Positions 1 through 9,743 of a stretch of 64,000 nucleotides of DNA are shown piece by piece; position 1 is the stretch's first letter; each line of letters begins with the position of its first letter. Position numbers and translations under genes: made by a program. A model generated the notes under the pieces. That model was given only the letters and a program-made list of their open reading frames with translations, was not told the origin of the DNA and did not search any database. This stretch comes from Anaerolineae bacterium (GTDB taxonomy: Bacteria; Chloroflexota; Anaerolineae; UBA1429): positions 608,001-672,000 of the forward strand of contig OY776562.1 of the NCBI GenBank assembly GCA_963675785.1, read 5' to 3'.

Positions 1-426
1 CCTCTCTACGAGGATCTCTTTGTCTTGAATCTGGTCAATCTCTGTGATGTCAGAATCCTCACGAACAAACACTGCGTTGGTTACTGCCAAATAGGGAGTG
101 CTAAAGTCTATGAATATGTCCCGTTGTTCGCTTTGGAACATGCCCGCGAGTATATCGATTTCTCCATTTGCGAGCATTTCCCGTACATCGGTCCACGGGG
201 CCGCGACGAATTCTACTTTATAGCCGATCTCTGTTGCTACAGCATTGACGAGATCGACATTAAAGCCAGTCGGGGTTCCATTTTCAGTAAATTCATAAGG
301 AGGATAATTCTCATCGATGCCTACAACGAGAACTGGTGTGGGGGGTTGGGCAAGTAGAAAAGGCGTGGCAATGAGGGATAAGGATATGATCAGTGCGCAA
401 GCAATGAGGTGCTTAACCTTGTTCAT
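1..426 (-). CDS. N-terminal part of a protein with a family-3 (amino-acid type) solute-binding domain, possibly a sensor kinase; runs off the window edge
   Basis: Not in the ORF track; translated manually from ATG at 426: MNKVKHLIACALIISLSLIATPFLLAQPPTPVLVVGIDENYPPYEFTENGTPTGFNVDLVNAVA...PWTDVREMLANGEIDILAGM, a typical SBP_bac_3 start. Overlaps the stop of the upstream kinase. Confidence 0.8.
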   Translation of the reverse strand, partial: MNKVKHLIACALIISLSLIATPFLLAQPPTPVLVVGIDENYPPYEFTENGTPTGFNVDLVNAVATEIGYKVEFVAAPWTDVREMLANGEIDILAGMFQSEQRDIFIDFSTPYLAVTNAVFVREDSDITEIDQIQDKEILVER

Positions 427-1951
427 CCCACTCTCCAACGGCTGGGAGATAAAGCGTTATGGTTGTTCCCTGCCCGGCCTGCGAATGTACCGCGATATTG
501 CCGTGACACTGTCTGATCGCGCCATAGGCAACAGCAAGCGTGAGCCCTGTTCCACGTGTTCGGGTTTTTTGTGTAAAAAAGGGTTCGAACACGCGTGATA
601 GCGTTTCATGGTCCATGCCGATGCCGTTATCTGTAATGGCGAGCGCGACATAACGTCCAGGATTTAGATGCAACTCATCAGGCTCTTGTGACTGCGTATG
701 CAGCCAGGTATGGATATCGATAAAGCCGTCCCCGATGCATTTGGCTTGAATCGCTTCTATACTATTGGTAATAATGCCCGCCAGGATGCGGCGCATCATC
801 GATTCTCCCGCACAGGAACAAGGAGGCGTATCAGACAGGCTTGTTCTTATGGCAATGTTATCTTCCATGCCGATCTGGATAGAGCCGATCGCCTCGGCGA
901 CGACCTTGCCGATGTCGATGGCTGTTGTGTCTGTCATGGCATGTTGAGAAAAAGAAAGCAATTTAGATATGAGTGCTGCGCCTTCTTGCCCTGCCTGTAG
1001 TATTTCTTGTACATCCCCGTAGAGTGGGTTTTGGGGGGCAAGAGAATCCATGACAATGGCCGCATAGCCGTTAATGACAGTGAGAAGGTTATTGAAATCA
1101 TGCGCCAACCCTCCCGCCATACGCCCCAGGGCTTCGAACCGCCTCGCCTGCTCCAACTCTCTTTCCAGACGTCTTTTTTCTGCCTCATTTTGACGTTCCA
1201 GGGTGACATCATGGCCTGTACATAGCAAACTAACAGTGTGCCCGGCAGTATCTCGCTCTGGAACAATGCGCCAATGGATGATTCTGGAATCATCGGCACC
1301 CCTAACGACTAGCACACCATCTGTAGGCAAGTCTGTAGTAAGCGCCTCTTTGACAAGTTCAACCCATTCCCGATTGATCAATGAGTTAGGAGGGAAATCC
1401 TCTAGTGATGTGCCTCTATACTGGATGTTATCCAGATGGGTGTACGTTTCCATAGCGGCGTTCATGTAAGAAAGACATAGCTGCTTGTCCACCCGTGCGA
1501 TCAGATTCATCGAGTTTTCTGCCAACGTTCTAAAGTTTTCAATAACGATGGCAAGTTCACGTTCAGCGGCTTTGTGCTTGATGGCATACCGGATGCTGCG
1601 TTCCAAGAGGGGGCCGGTTGCTTGAGCTTTTTCGAGGTAATCATCGGCGCCGGCTTGCATTGCTTCTTGATCAGTATCAGCATTGCCGACACCCGTCATC
1701 AAAATAAAAGGAATGTCGATTTGTTGAGACCTAGCTGCTCGGATTAGCTCGGTGCCGTTTCGGACGCCCAAACGATAATCCACAACACAGGCATCATAAT
1801 CGTTTTGGGACAACGACGCCAAGGCTGAGTCGAGCGTTGACATCCAGTCGAGTTTGATAGCGCCATGGACAGTGCTTGCGAGGCTGTCTCGAGCTAGCAC
1901 ATAATCATCCTCGTCATCATCGACCAGCAGAACCCGTGTCGGTTGGGGCAT
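413..1951 (-). CDS. Hybrid sensor histidine kinase (REC-PAS-HisKA-HATPase)
   Basis: Receiver VLLVDDDEDD; H-box LAHDFNNLL; DNGIGM, FEPFFT and GTGLTL boxes. Confidence 0.93.
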   Translation of the reverse strand: MPQPTRVLLVDDDEDDYVLARDSLASTVHGAIKLDWMSTLDSALASLSQNDYDACVVDYRLGVRNGTELIRAARSQQIDIPFILMTGVGNADTDQEAMQAGADDYLEKAQATGPLLERSIRYAIKHKAAERELAIVIENFRTLAENSMNLIARVDKQLCLSYMNAAMETYTHLDNIQYRGTSLEDFPPNSLINREWVELVKEALTTDLPTDGVLVVRGADDSRIIHWRIVPERDTAGHTVSLLCTGHDVTLERQNEAEKRRLERELEQARRFEALGRMAGGLAHDFNNLLTVINGYAAIVMDSLAPQNPLYGDVQEILQAGQEGAALISKLLSFSQHAMTDTTAIDIGKVVAEAIGSIQIGMEDNIAIRTSLSDTPPCSCAGESMMRRILAGIITNSIEAIQAKCIGDGFIDIHTWLHTQSQEPDELHLNPGRYVALAITDNGIGMDHETLSRVFEPFFTQKTRTRGTGLTLAVAYGAIRQCHGNIAVHSQAGQGTTITLYLPAVGEWDEQG

Positions 1952-2071
1952 GCTCTAGTCCTTTTCGGCAAAAGATACCTTATTCTACATGATGCTGTGA
2001 TTCGATTTCAACTGTTTACTGATTATCGCCATCAATTCTTTTGCGTTTTGATTGATTGCCCTTTATGGCGA

Positions 2072-2632
2072 CTATTGTAACTGCCAGATGTCAGGCAGCC
2101 AGGGATGCTCTCGTAAAAATGCCTCGATTGAAAGGGCCTGTGTTTCCAGTGGATTGTCTGAGTAAGGATCTTGATGTTTCAATCGGGCTTTGAACCTTTC
2201 CAACACGTATCGAGGCAAAAAGACCCAGCCCATCGCTCTATATTGCAACACGTGGATGTATTCATGATTCAGCAGAAAGCGCTGTTTTTGCGGGGCGTAT
2301 TCGTCCAGCAGATGGACGCACTCTCCTAGGGTTGTAGCTATATTGCCCGGGATGGGAAGCCCATGACTAACGATGATCATTTTGTCAGGGCCGAGATGGT
2401 GTTCGCTTCCGCGCCCTCCAAGTCGTGACAGGGTCTCTAGCCCTTTGCCCAGGGTTGTGTATGCGCGGGCACCCAAGCAGGGTGGGGCTTTGATCTGCTG
2501 AATGAGCTTGGCAGTTATCATGGTGGTAAGCTCATCCAACGGACTGGGCTTACCACCATTTGCTGATACACGGCTTGGTTCCTCTTGATCTACCCTATTG
2601 AGAGTGGGTTCGCTAGGGTGTTGCTCTATCAT
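2072..2632 (-). CDS. Hypothetical protein with an HExxH motif (DUF4157-like zincin)
   Basis: LLNHEYIHVLQY...DNPLETQA; ATGA overlap with the upstream isomerase gene. Confidence 0.6.
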   Translation of the reverse strand: MIEQHPSEPTLNRVDQEEPSRVSANGGKPSPLDELTTMITAKLIQQIKAPPCLGARAYTTLGKGLETLSRLGGRGSEHHLGPDKMIIVSHGLPIPGNIATTLGECVHLLDEYAPQKQRFLLNHEYIHVLQYRAMGWVFLPRYVLERFKARLKHQDPYSDNPLETQALSIEAFLREHPWLPDIWQLQ

Positions 2633-3456
2633 GAGGCGAGGATTTTTAGCAAATAATCTCTGGCCAGTTCAATGTCGCGAATCTGCTGCTCACCGCTGAT
2701 TTCTCGCTCAATGATCCAAGGGCCGTCATACCCGTTGGCTCGCAGAACATCTATCAGCATTGGCATGTCGACACTGCCCTGTCCTACAGGGGTTTCTTGC
2801 CCCAAATTTTTCCAATCTGTAGGGTAGTGTCCATCTTTGATATGGACACCGCGCACCAGGCTGCCGTAAAGGCGCGCTGCATCAATCGGGTTGGCCTTGC
2901 CATAGAGAAGCAGATTGGCAGGATCAAGGTTGATCCCCAGGTTATCCGTGCCGATGTCGGCGATGGTACGCATCAATGTAACCGGTGTTTCCTGACCTGT
3001 TTCAAAATTAAACCAAAGGCCGAGTTTAGCACAATACTGGGCAAGATCTCGCAAGGCAGCGATTAGATCGATATATTCCCGTGTACCGGGGTTCTCGGGG
3101 ATAAAGCCCACATGTGTGGTAATATCCGTAATGCCTAGGCCTGCGGCAAAACGCGCTGCGTTCTTGAGCGCCTCAATGCGTACGGCGCGGTAGGCCTCGG
3201 GTACTAGACCAAGCGTGCCTGGCCCAGAGATAAAATCCCATACCTTTGGGCCGGGCCATCCTGCCCAAAGGCAGTTGACGATGAGGCCTTGGGCAAGAAT
3301 CTCTTTGAGGGCGGCAGCGTTTTCTGGCGTGTAGAGTGTCTCATCCCAGCAGTTGATCTGACAGGCATCGAGCCCCAGGGCATTGAGAGGGGCGATCCCG
3401 TCTTTAATGAGGGCTGTGAGTGGGATGATGACACCAATATGCTGCCTTTTGGCCAC
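2629..3456 (-). CDS. Sugar phosphate isomerase/epimerase (xylose-isomerase-like TIM barrel)
   Basis: FETGQE, NLDPANL, HIKD and IERE metal-ligand motifs. Confidence 0.9.
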   Translation of the reverse strand: MAKRQHIGVIIPLTALIKDGIAPLNALGLDACQINCWDETLYTPENAAALKEILAQGLIVNCLWAGWPGPKVWDFISGPGTLGLVPEAYRAVRIEALKNAARFAAGLGITDITTHVGFIPENPGTREYIDLIAALRDLAQYCAKLGLWFNFETGQETPVTLMRTIADIGTDNLGINLDPANLLLYGKANPIDAARLYGSLVRGVHIKDGHYPTDWKNLGQETPVGQGSVDMPMLIDVLRANGYDGPWIIEREISGEQQIRDIELARDYLLKILAS

Positions 3457-3478
3457 GAGATTGCCTCCTATTTAAAGG

Positions 3479-4690
3479 TCAGATTTCTACAAGACAAACT
3501 TCCGATCTCTGATCGACAGCGCGTGTGAAGCTGATCAAGCGCCCGGTGGGATCTGTCAACGGATGAGGATGCGAGTACTGCCCGGGCAGTGTTCCCCATT
3601 CTGTACCGTGTCTGCAAATAGGCTCAAGATGCGGTTCATTACTACCCGTATCATAGTACAGAAACTGCAACATGTCTTGCGAGAAATCTCCATCCAAAAC
3701 CAAAGCGGGGCGTTTGACATCTGGCGTGAGATGCCCATAGTTTTTGGCCAGCGGATAACTTTGCTCCCAGAGTGTTTTCCCAGTTATGTCGGTAATGCCG
3801 ATATAGGTGCCACCACTGGGCAGTGGGCCATGGTAGGCCATAGCTGGTTTATCCCACAACCACGCCTGATGGGTTTGGAAAGGGCCTGGGTATTTCTCTT
3901 TCAAGGGATGAGGACGACGGCTGTTGGTGTTGATCAGCCAAATACGGGGAGTCTGGTTGTCACTGCCGCCCCAATAACCCGGGGGCAAGTCTAGATCAAA
4001 GTAGAGAACATCACCATCCAAGGGGCAGAAGGAACAGTGTGCCGATTGAGCAGGCATCTGGTCGAACAATACTTGCATGGGGCCGCCCTCGATGGGAATG
4101 CGCACTATTTTGAGACGGTGTGAGCTGAAATCGCGATAGTCATGGGTTATTTCTCTGTGTGAAGCAAACTGAGGGTGAGCGGAACTCAGGGCGATGGCAA
4201 CCCAACGTTCATCCGGTGAGACACAGGGGGCGCCAAAGATCCATTCGTTTCCAACATCGTGGATGAGCGTGCGTTCTTGCCCAGTATAGATATTAGTTGC
4301 TATCAAGCTGCGTTCGCAGGTAAAGATGGCTAATCCTGAATGCGGCGCAACAGTCAAGCGATTTCCAGCCACACCCCGTCCATCAACAGATTTGCCCTCA
4401 ATGGTTCCTTTGAGCCCCATGCAACGGTGAATGTAGCTGCGATCGCCGATGCCGGGGGCACGCCAAATCGGTGTCAGTGCGCCGTCGTCTGTATCTGCAC
4501 GTATAACCCAGGTGGCCCCTTCGCGGATGGAGATGAGAACAAGATGCTCCCCATCAAAAGTAAAACCCGAGTTGGTGTGGTAGGTGGGGGTCTGGTTAAT
4601 GGCGCCCTTTGTGGTAAGGATGGTCACCTTTCGCCCAGTGAGAGCGTCTTTGTACTGGCTGGCTTCTCTAAAGGTCTCCCAGAGTTTCAT
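3479..4690 (-). CDS. Oligogalacturonate-lyase-like beta-propeller protein
   Basis: YHTNSGFTFDG N-terminal motif and HPHPLTDPTG C-terminal motif; likely start MKLWETF at 4690. Confidence 0.7.
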   Translation of the reverse strand: MKLWETFREASQYKDALTGRKVTILTTKGAINQTPTYHTNSGFTFDGEHLVLISIREGATWVIRADTDDGALTPIWRAPGIGDRSYIHRCMGLKGTIEGKSVDGRGVAGNRLTVAPHSGLAIFTCERSLIATNIYTGQERTLIHDVGNEWIFGAPCVSPDERWVAIALSSAHPQFASHREITHDYRDFSSHRLKIVRIPIEGGPMQVLFDQMPAQSAHCSFCPLDGDVLYFDLDLPPGYWGGSDNQTPRIWLINTNSRRPHPLKEKYPGPFQTHQAWLWDKPAMAYHGPLPSGGTYIGITDITGKTLWEQSYPLAKNYGHLTPDVKRPALVLDGDFSQDMLQFLYYDTGSNEPHLEPICRHGTEWGTLPGQYSHPHPLTDPTGRLISFTRAVDQRSEVCLVEI

Positions 4691-4762
4691 GTAGCATCCT
4701 ATCTGGCTGTGATAAATCACGTTGAAAGCTGAATCTGCTTCCAGAAGCAAACTCGGATTATC

Positions 4763-4778
4763 ATACTTTATAAAGTAT
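4763..4778. promoter_or_regulatory. Perfect 16-bp palindrome ATACTTTATAAAGTAT, candidate repressor operator
   Basis: Located upstream of the lyase/isomerase operon. Confidence 0.5.
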
Positions 4779-4844
4779 TTACGATATCATGCTAGTATAG
4801 GATGAAACAGACGTCAAGGAGTTACAAAAAACTTTATTTTGGCA

Positions 4845-4886
4845 AGTGGCCTACAGCAAGCCGTATAAGGTCTACTGTAGGCCACT
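4845..4886 (-). terminator. Stem-loop downstream of the flavoprotein pair
   Basis: AGTGGCCTACAG...CTGTAGGCCACT. Confidence 0.55.
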
Positions 4887-4903
4887 CTATTCCAAAGCAG
4901 CAA

Positions 4904-5464
4904 CTAGTTACTATGGGGCAGAGTTGCCAGCCATTCTCCGGCTATCTTGAGCTGTTCACATTTGGCTGAGAGGTTTTGTCTTCTGATCGGCACAACGTCC
5001 ACTAGATCAAAACCAATGGTTCGGAGCACTTTTTCAAGATGCAGGCAGCATTCCACTGAGCCGCCGCCTCTCCCGCCTGCTACGGCGAGGGCCATGGCGG
5101 GTTTATTGACGATTCCACTGGGGTCGGTCATGTGCGTCACTACACGGCGCATGCGGTCTGTCAGCGCTCGCATGGATTCTGCCAAACTAGCATAGTAGAC
5201 GGGTGTGGAAAAAAGAACGGCGTCAGCGCCGCGGATGGCGTCCAGCACCGTGTTCAGATCGTCGGTATATCCTCCGCAAAAACCGCGCTGACAGCCTCCC
5301 CAACCTTCCATGTTGCACTGATTGCAGTGATTGATCTTCATGGTTGGTAGAAACATGCGTTCGGATTCGCCGTCGGCTATCTCAAAACCAGCAATGACGG
5401 CTTCAGCCGCTGTGGCGGTTTGTCCCTGAGGGTTCCTGCTTCCGGATATCGATAGAATACGCAT
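4904..5464 (-). CDS. Flavodoxin-family / iron-sulfur flavoprotein
   Basis: SGSRNPQGQT FMN loop, CNQC...C...C, TPVYY. Confidence 0.88.
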   Translation of the reverse strand: MRILSISGSRNPQGQTATAAEAVIAGFEIADGESERMFLPTMKINHCNQCNMEGWGGCQRGFCGGYTDDLNTVLDAIRGADAVLFSTPVYYASLAESMRALTDRMRRVVTHMTDPSGIVNKPAMALAVAGGRGGGSVECCLHLEKVLRTIGFDLVDVVPIRRQNLSAKCEQLKIAGEWLATLPHSN

Positions 5465-5467
5465 AGT

Positions 5468-6031
5468 CTATTCTTCTCCTAATAGGGTGCTGGCGAACCA
5501 TGCCCCCGCCTGAGTCAACGTGCTGATTTTGGCATCGAGATTCTGTTTGCGAATGGGCTGTAGATCAATGACATCAAAACCAGTACGTACGAGCATTTCT
5601 TCCAAAAGGCCACAGCAGGCAGCTGCGCCCTTGCCTCTACTCCCGGCAACGGCGATGACAGCGGCCCGCTTGCCAGCGATATCGACTTTGCCATTCTCAT
5701 TGGACGTGGTACGGCGCAGTCTCCGCGTAAAAGCCTGAATGCTCTCAGACACATCGCTATAGAATACGGGCGTGACAAAAACCACGGCATCCGCCTCGCG
5801 AATTTTTGTGATTACACTGTTTAGGTCGTCTTTGATGCAGCAAATACCCCGGCTCTTGCAGGTGCCCCAGTTATCGGCACCGCACTGGTTGCATACCCGA
5901 ATGTCCAGCTCTGGGAGGAATATAGTTTCTACCTCAGCTCCGGTGCTCATACATCCCGCAGCATAGGCATCAAGGGCGCGAGCAGTTTGGCCTTCTTTGC
6001 TTCGGGTTCCTGCAATCATCAGAGCTTTCAT
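5468..6031 (-). CDS. Flavodoxin-family / iron-sulfur flavoprotein (tandem paralog)
   Basis: AGTRSKEGQT, CNQC...C...C, TPVFY; likely start MKALM at 6031 after a GAGGAG RBS. Confidence 0.88.
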   Translation of the reverse strand: MKALMIAGTRSKEGQTARALDAYAAGCMSTGAEVETIFLPELDIRVCNQCGADNWGTCKSRGICCIKDDLNSVITKIREADAVVFVTPVFYSDVSESIQAFTRRLRRTTSNENGKVDIAGKRAAVIAVAGSRGKGAAACCGLLEEMLVRTGFDVIDLQPIRKQNLDAKISTLTQAGAWFASTLLGEE

Positions 6032-6279
6032 GACACTCTCCTCTCGTACATAAAAATTCAGTGGGAACAATCCTTCTCCGCATTCGCGCTGCCAGGGCAA
6101 TATGCCAACAGTGTAAGGCAACGCCGATTTCGATACAAGCAATCTATCTCAAAGCATTACATTGCGTTAACCGGGAGAATGGTTTTTCTTAATATAGGGC
6201 ACGTATGCTAAAGGAGGTATCTGGTAAGTTATTTGTTTCTTGGGTGCCAGCATTTTACTCTTGTAGGAGGTAAGGTATC

Positions 6280-7467
6280 TTGAAGATAGCCCTTTTTGCT
6301 GAATCCTTTTTGCCAAAATGGGATGGTGTGGCCAACACAACCTGTCATCTTCTAGAATACCTCGCCACGCGCGGACATGAAACGCTCATGTTTGCTCCCA
6401 AGGGCGCTCCTGAATGCTATGCCGAAACCCCAATCATTGGCTACCCTGCTTATAGCTTCCCTTGGTATAAACCTTTGCGTTTGGCACGCCCCGATGTCAG
6501 CATTCGTCACCATCTAAAACGTTTCTCTCCAGACGTTGTGCACCTTATTAACCCCGCTTTTCTGGGCAAAGGTGGCCTCAAATATGCGCACCAGCTCGGT
6601 GTTCCCGTGTTGGCCTCTTATCACACAGATTTTCCCGGATATTGTCAGCTATATGGTATGCAGGCTGCCGAAGGCATCATGTGGAGCTTTTTCCGAAATA
6701 TTCACAATCAGGCTGAGTGGAATGTGGCACCTTCCGATTTTACACGCAACGAACTGTTGGAGCACGGCTTTCAGCGTTTCGGCGTATGGCCCCACGGTGT
6801 TGATGTTGACCTATATACCCCGGCCAATTGGACCTATGAGATGCGTCACCGCCTGACGGATGGACACCCTGAGGGTACGCTTTTGTTGTACGTCGGCCGC
6901 CTTGCCAAAGAAAAACGTCTCGAATGGCTTGGCGAGGTGATGAAAGCTCTACCCGAGGTGCGCTGTGCTCTGGTAGGGGAAGGGCCCGAGAGGCAACATC
7001 TTGAGCAGATGCTGGATCGAGACCGTTGTGTATTTACTGGCTATCTCTCCGGCGCTGAACTGGGTGCGGCTTATGCCTGCGGCGATATCTTTTGTTTCCC
7101 TTCGGCCAATGAAACCTTTGGCAATGTAGTGCTCGAGGCTATGGCTTCAGGATTGCCGGTTGTAGCCCCGCGCTCGGGCGGTCCGGCGAACTTGGTGGAT
7201 CATGGACAAACTGGGCTGTTATGTGAAAAGGATGATCTCCAGGGCTTTGTTAGTCTCGTCCGGCAGCTAGTTCAGAATGACGATTTGTGCCAGCAGATGG
7301 GACATGAGGCGCGCATGCAGACAGAGCTCCAAAGTTGGGACAATGCTAATGATCTCTTGATGCAAGCCTACATCAAGGTTGCAGGGATACGGTTGGTTCC
7401 CTCCAGATCAAGTCAGCCTCTCAATAAACCCGCCTCAGTGTTGAATCTATTCTCTCCGCGTTCTTGA
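6280..7467 (+). CDS. GT4 family glycosyltransferase (MgtA/PimB/SqdX-like)
   Basis: ESFLPKWDGV, YVGRLAKEK, ETFGNVVLEAMASG. Confidence 0.92.
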   Translation: MKIALFAESFLPKWDGVANTTCHLLEYLATRGHETLMFAPKGAPECYAETPIIGYPAYSFPWYKPLRLARPDVSIRHHLKRFSPDVVHLINPAFLGKGGLKYAHQLGVPVLASYHTDFPGYCQLYGMQAAEGIMWSFFRNIHNQAEWNVAPSDFTRNELLEHGFQRFGVWPHGVDVDLYTPANWTYEMRHRLTDGHPEGTLLLYVGRLAKEKRLEWLGEVMKALPEVRCALVGEGPERQHLEQMLDRDRCVFTGYLSGAELGAAYACGDIFCFPSANETFGNVVLEAMASGLPVVAPRSGGPANLVDHGQTGLLCEKDDLQGFVSLVRQLVQNDDLCQQMGHEARMQTELQSWDNANDLLMQAYIKVAGIRLVPSRSSQPLNKPASVLNLFSPRS

Positions 7468-7483
7468 CCTGCTCCTTTTGCAG

Positions 7484-7520
7484 ACAGAGGCTTCGCACAG
7501 ATCGCGGGGCCTCTGTTTTT
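7484..7520 (+). terminator. Rho-independent terminator
   Basis: ACAGAGGCTTCGC...GCGGGGCCTCTGT followed by a T run. Confidence 0.65.
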
Positions 7521-7606
7521 AGTGACGCTCCCCTACCTGGTTGATAATGCGGGATCGTCTAAATCAACTATGCTGGGTGGCGTCTATCAGCTCTTTTGCC
7601 TATAAT

Positions 7607-7726
7607 TCGTGAAATATTGCACAAATAGGTTGACGTGAGAACAAAAAGATATATACTTCTTTGTGAAAAGAGGCACAAAGTAAAGCTGATTTGAGCTCCG
7701 AGCCAGACTTGTGCCGATATACACAA
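7607..7726 (+). promoter_or_regulatory. adh promoter with three Rex-type operators
   Basis: TCGTGAAATATTGCACAA (7607-7624), TTGTGAAAAGAGGCACAA (7661-7678), TTGTGCCGATATACACAA (7709-7726); TTGACG (7630) -N16- TATACT (7652). Confidence 0.75.
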
Positions 7727-7778
7727 AATGGCGACTTGTGAGATGCCTGTTAGTCGCAGATATTAGGGAGGCTCCAAC

Positions 7779-8993
7779 ATGTGGGAATCCAAAGTTGATA
7801 TTTTCCAGGTGCAGGAACTGCGTTGCCGTACGACACTCTATCTGGGTGTCGGTGCAATCGACAAGATGCGCGATATTGTTGTGGATATCAAGAACCGCGG
7901 CATCGACAAAGTTGTGGTTGTTTCCAGCCGCAGCGCCTATATCAAGTGTGGTGCATGGAAAACAATCGAACCCGCTTTGGTCGATAATGGGGTCGAGTAC
8001 GTGCTTTTTAACAAAGTCACACCCAATCCTGATGATACGACGGTGGATGAGGCCGTTGCCCTTGCTCGTGAATTTGGCGCCCAGGCTGTTATAGGCGTAG
8101 GTGGGGGCAGCCCCATTGATGCAGCCAAGAGTGTGGCTATTTTGCTCGAGTATCCTGAAAAGACCTGCAAGGACTTGTATACGTATGCTTTTGCGCCGGA
8201 AAAGGCCGCGCCCGTTGTGGCTGTGAACACGACCCACGGCACAGGCACCGAGGTCGATCGCTTTGCCGTGGTTTCTATTCCCGATCTCGGTTTCAAGCCG
8301 GCCATTGCCTACGATTGCATCTACCCGCTCTATGCCATCGATGATCCCGCGCTCATGTGCGGCCTACCCAAAAACCAGACCCTGTATGTTTCCATTGATG
8401 CCATCAACCATGTGACCGAAGCAGCTACCTCCAAAGTAGCTACGCCCTACACCATTATGCTGGCTAAAGAAACTATTCGCTTGGTTGCTCGTTATTTGCC
8501 GCAGGCCGTGGCGCATCCGGGTGACCTGGTAGCGCGCTATTACTTGTTGTATGCCTCGGCTATTGCTGGCATCGCCTTTGATAATGGCATGCTCCACTTT
8601 ACCCATGCTCTGGAGCATCCTCTCAGCGGCGTCAAGCCGGAGCTGGCCCATGGATTGGGATTGTCGATGCTTTTGCCTTCAGTGGTCGAGACAATCTATG
8701 CCTCCCAGTCTGAAGTATTGGCCGATATTTTTGAGCCGATAGTCGGTTCCTTCAAAGGGGAACCCGGCGAGGCTCGTGAGGTTGCAAGGGCGGTCGAGCG
8801 TTGGTTGTTCGAGATCGGTGTGACTTCCAAGCTAGAGGATGAAGGATACACTGAGGGAGATGTCCCTCGCTTGACGGAATTGGCCCTTGAGACACCCTCT
8901 CTAGGCTTGCTGCTCAGCCTGGCACCCATTGAGGCTGACGCCAAGGTGATCAGCAACATTTATCGTCAGAGCTTGCGCCCGCTCAACGTTTGA
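7779..8993 (+). CDS. Iron-containing alcohol dehydrogenase
   Basis: GGGSPIDAAK, NTTHGTGTE, DAINH, HFTHALEH, HGLG. Confidence 0.95.
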   Translation: MWESKVDIFQVQELRCRTTLYLGVGAIDKMRDIVVDIKNRGIDKVVVVSSRSAYIKCGAWKTIEPALVDNGVEYVLFNKVTPNPDDTTVDEAVALAREFGAQAVIGVGGGSPIDAAKSVAILLEYPEKTCKDLYTYAFAPEKAAPVVAVNTTHGTGTEVDRFAVVSIPDLGFKPAIAYDCIYPLYAIDDPALMCGLPKNQTLYVSIDAINHVTEAATSKVATPYTIMLAKETIRLVARYLPQAVAHPGDLVARYYLLYASAIAGIAFDNGMLHFTHALEHPLSGVKPELAHGLGLSMLLPSVVETIYASQSEVLADIFEPIVGSFKGEPGEAREVARAVERWLFEIGVTSKLEDEGYTEGDVPRLTELALETPSLGLLLSLAPIEADAKVISNIYRQSLRPLNV

Positions 8994-9145
8994 GGACAAG
9001 CCCCTGCCTTAACGCTCTGCGATATCCTGCAAAATGGTTCATGGCGCCATCTTTGCAGGCAATGCGACCGACGTGGGTATTGTGGGATCTCGTGCCGGTC
9101 AAAGCCAATGATATAGTACCTGGTGATAGTTGATAGCTCATTGTG

Positions 9146-9192
9146 AAAGAGAGACACCCGCGTGTGCGCTGCACATGTGGGTGTCTCTCTTT
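9146..9192. terminator. Bidirectional terminator between convergent genes
   Basis: AAAGAGAGACACCC...GGGTGTCTCTCTTT. Confidence 0.65.
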
Positions 9193-9200
9193 GTTTCTCA

Positions 9201-9638
9201 TCAACCGATGAAAAGGTTGATCAGCCAATAGATCAGGACGCCAGAAGTAGCACCAATGATCGGCCCCCAGATGACTTCGAGGATAGTGATGCGTTTATTC
9301 CAATTTTCAATCAGGCCTCTGTTTACCAAACCATAGACACTGATAGCGAGGATGCCCGCAAGAGCGCCACTCAACGCGGCTGCGTCCATCCCGCCGCCTA
9401 GGCTTACTACAATGGCGACCAGGGCCACATAGGCACTAATGACGAACAGTTGGGCAATGATGGCCGGGATCCCCCTCATGCCCTGTTTACCCTCCGATTG
9501 TTGGGGTAGCAAGGGGGCCAGTCCCTGGTCGTAATCTTTCTTAAAGAGAAGCAAGTGCCAGAGCGCGTCTAGCGCGCCAATAGCGACAAAAGCAATGACC
9601 CAGATCAAGAGATATCCAGCCACTATATTCCCCTCCAT
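9201..9638 (-). CDS. DUF2177-like membrane protein
   Basis: 4 TM segments; LDALW and VYGLVN...W...EVIWG pattern. Confidence 0.65.
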   Translation of the reverse strand: MEGNIVAGYLLIWVIAFVAIGALDALWHLLLFKKDYDQGLAPLLPQQSEGKQGMRGIPAIIAQLFVISAYVALVAIVVSLGGGMDAAALSGALAGILAISVYGLVNRGLIENWNKRITILEVIWGPIIGATSGVLIYWLINLFIG

Positions 9639-9743
9639 GATGATGTGGTAGATATGTTATCTATTCTAAACTCAATTTCCTCGTCTGTCACGGATTTTAC
9701 CACAGTGTTGACATTAACCCTGGGGGCCATCTAGAATGAGCTA

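Noticed and set aside
8994-9145. Hairpins in the adh 3' region as a possible sRNA
   Set aside because: Only short imperfect stems, with no promoter or family signature.
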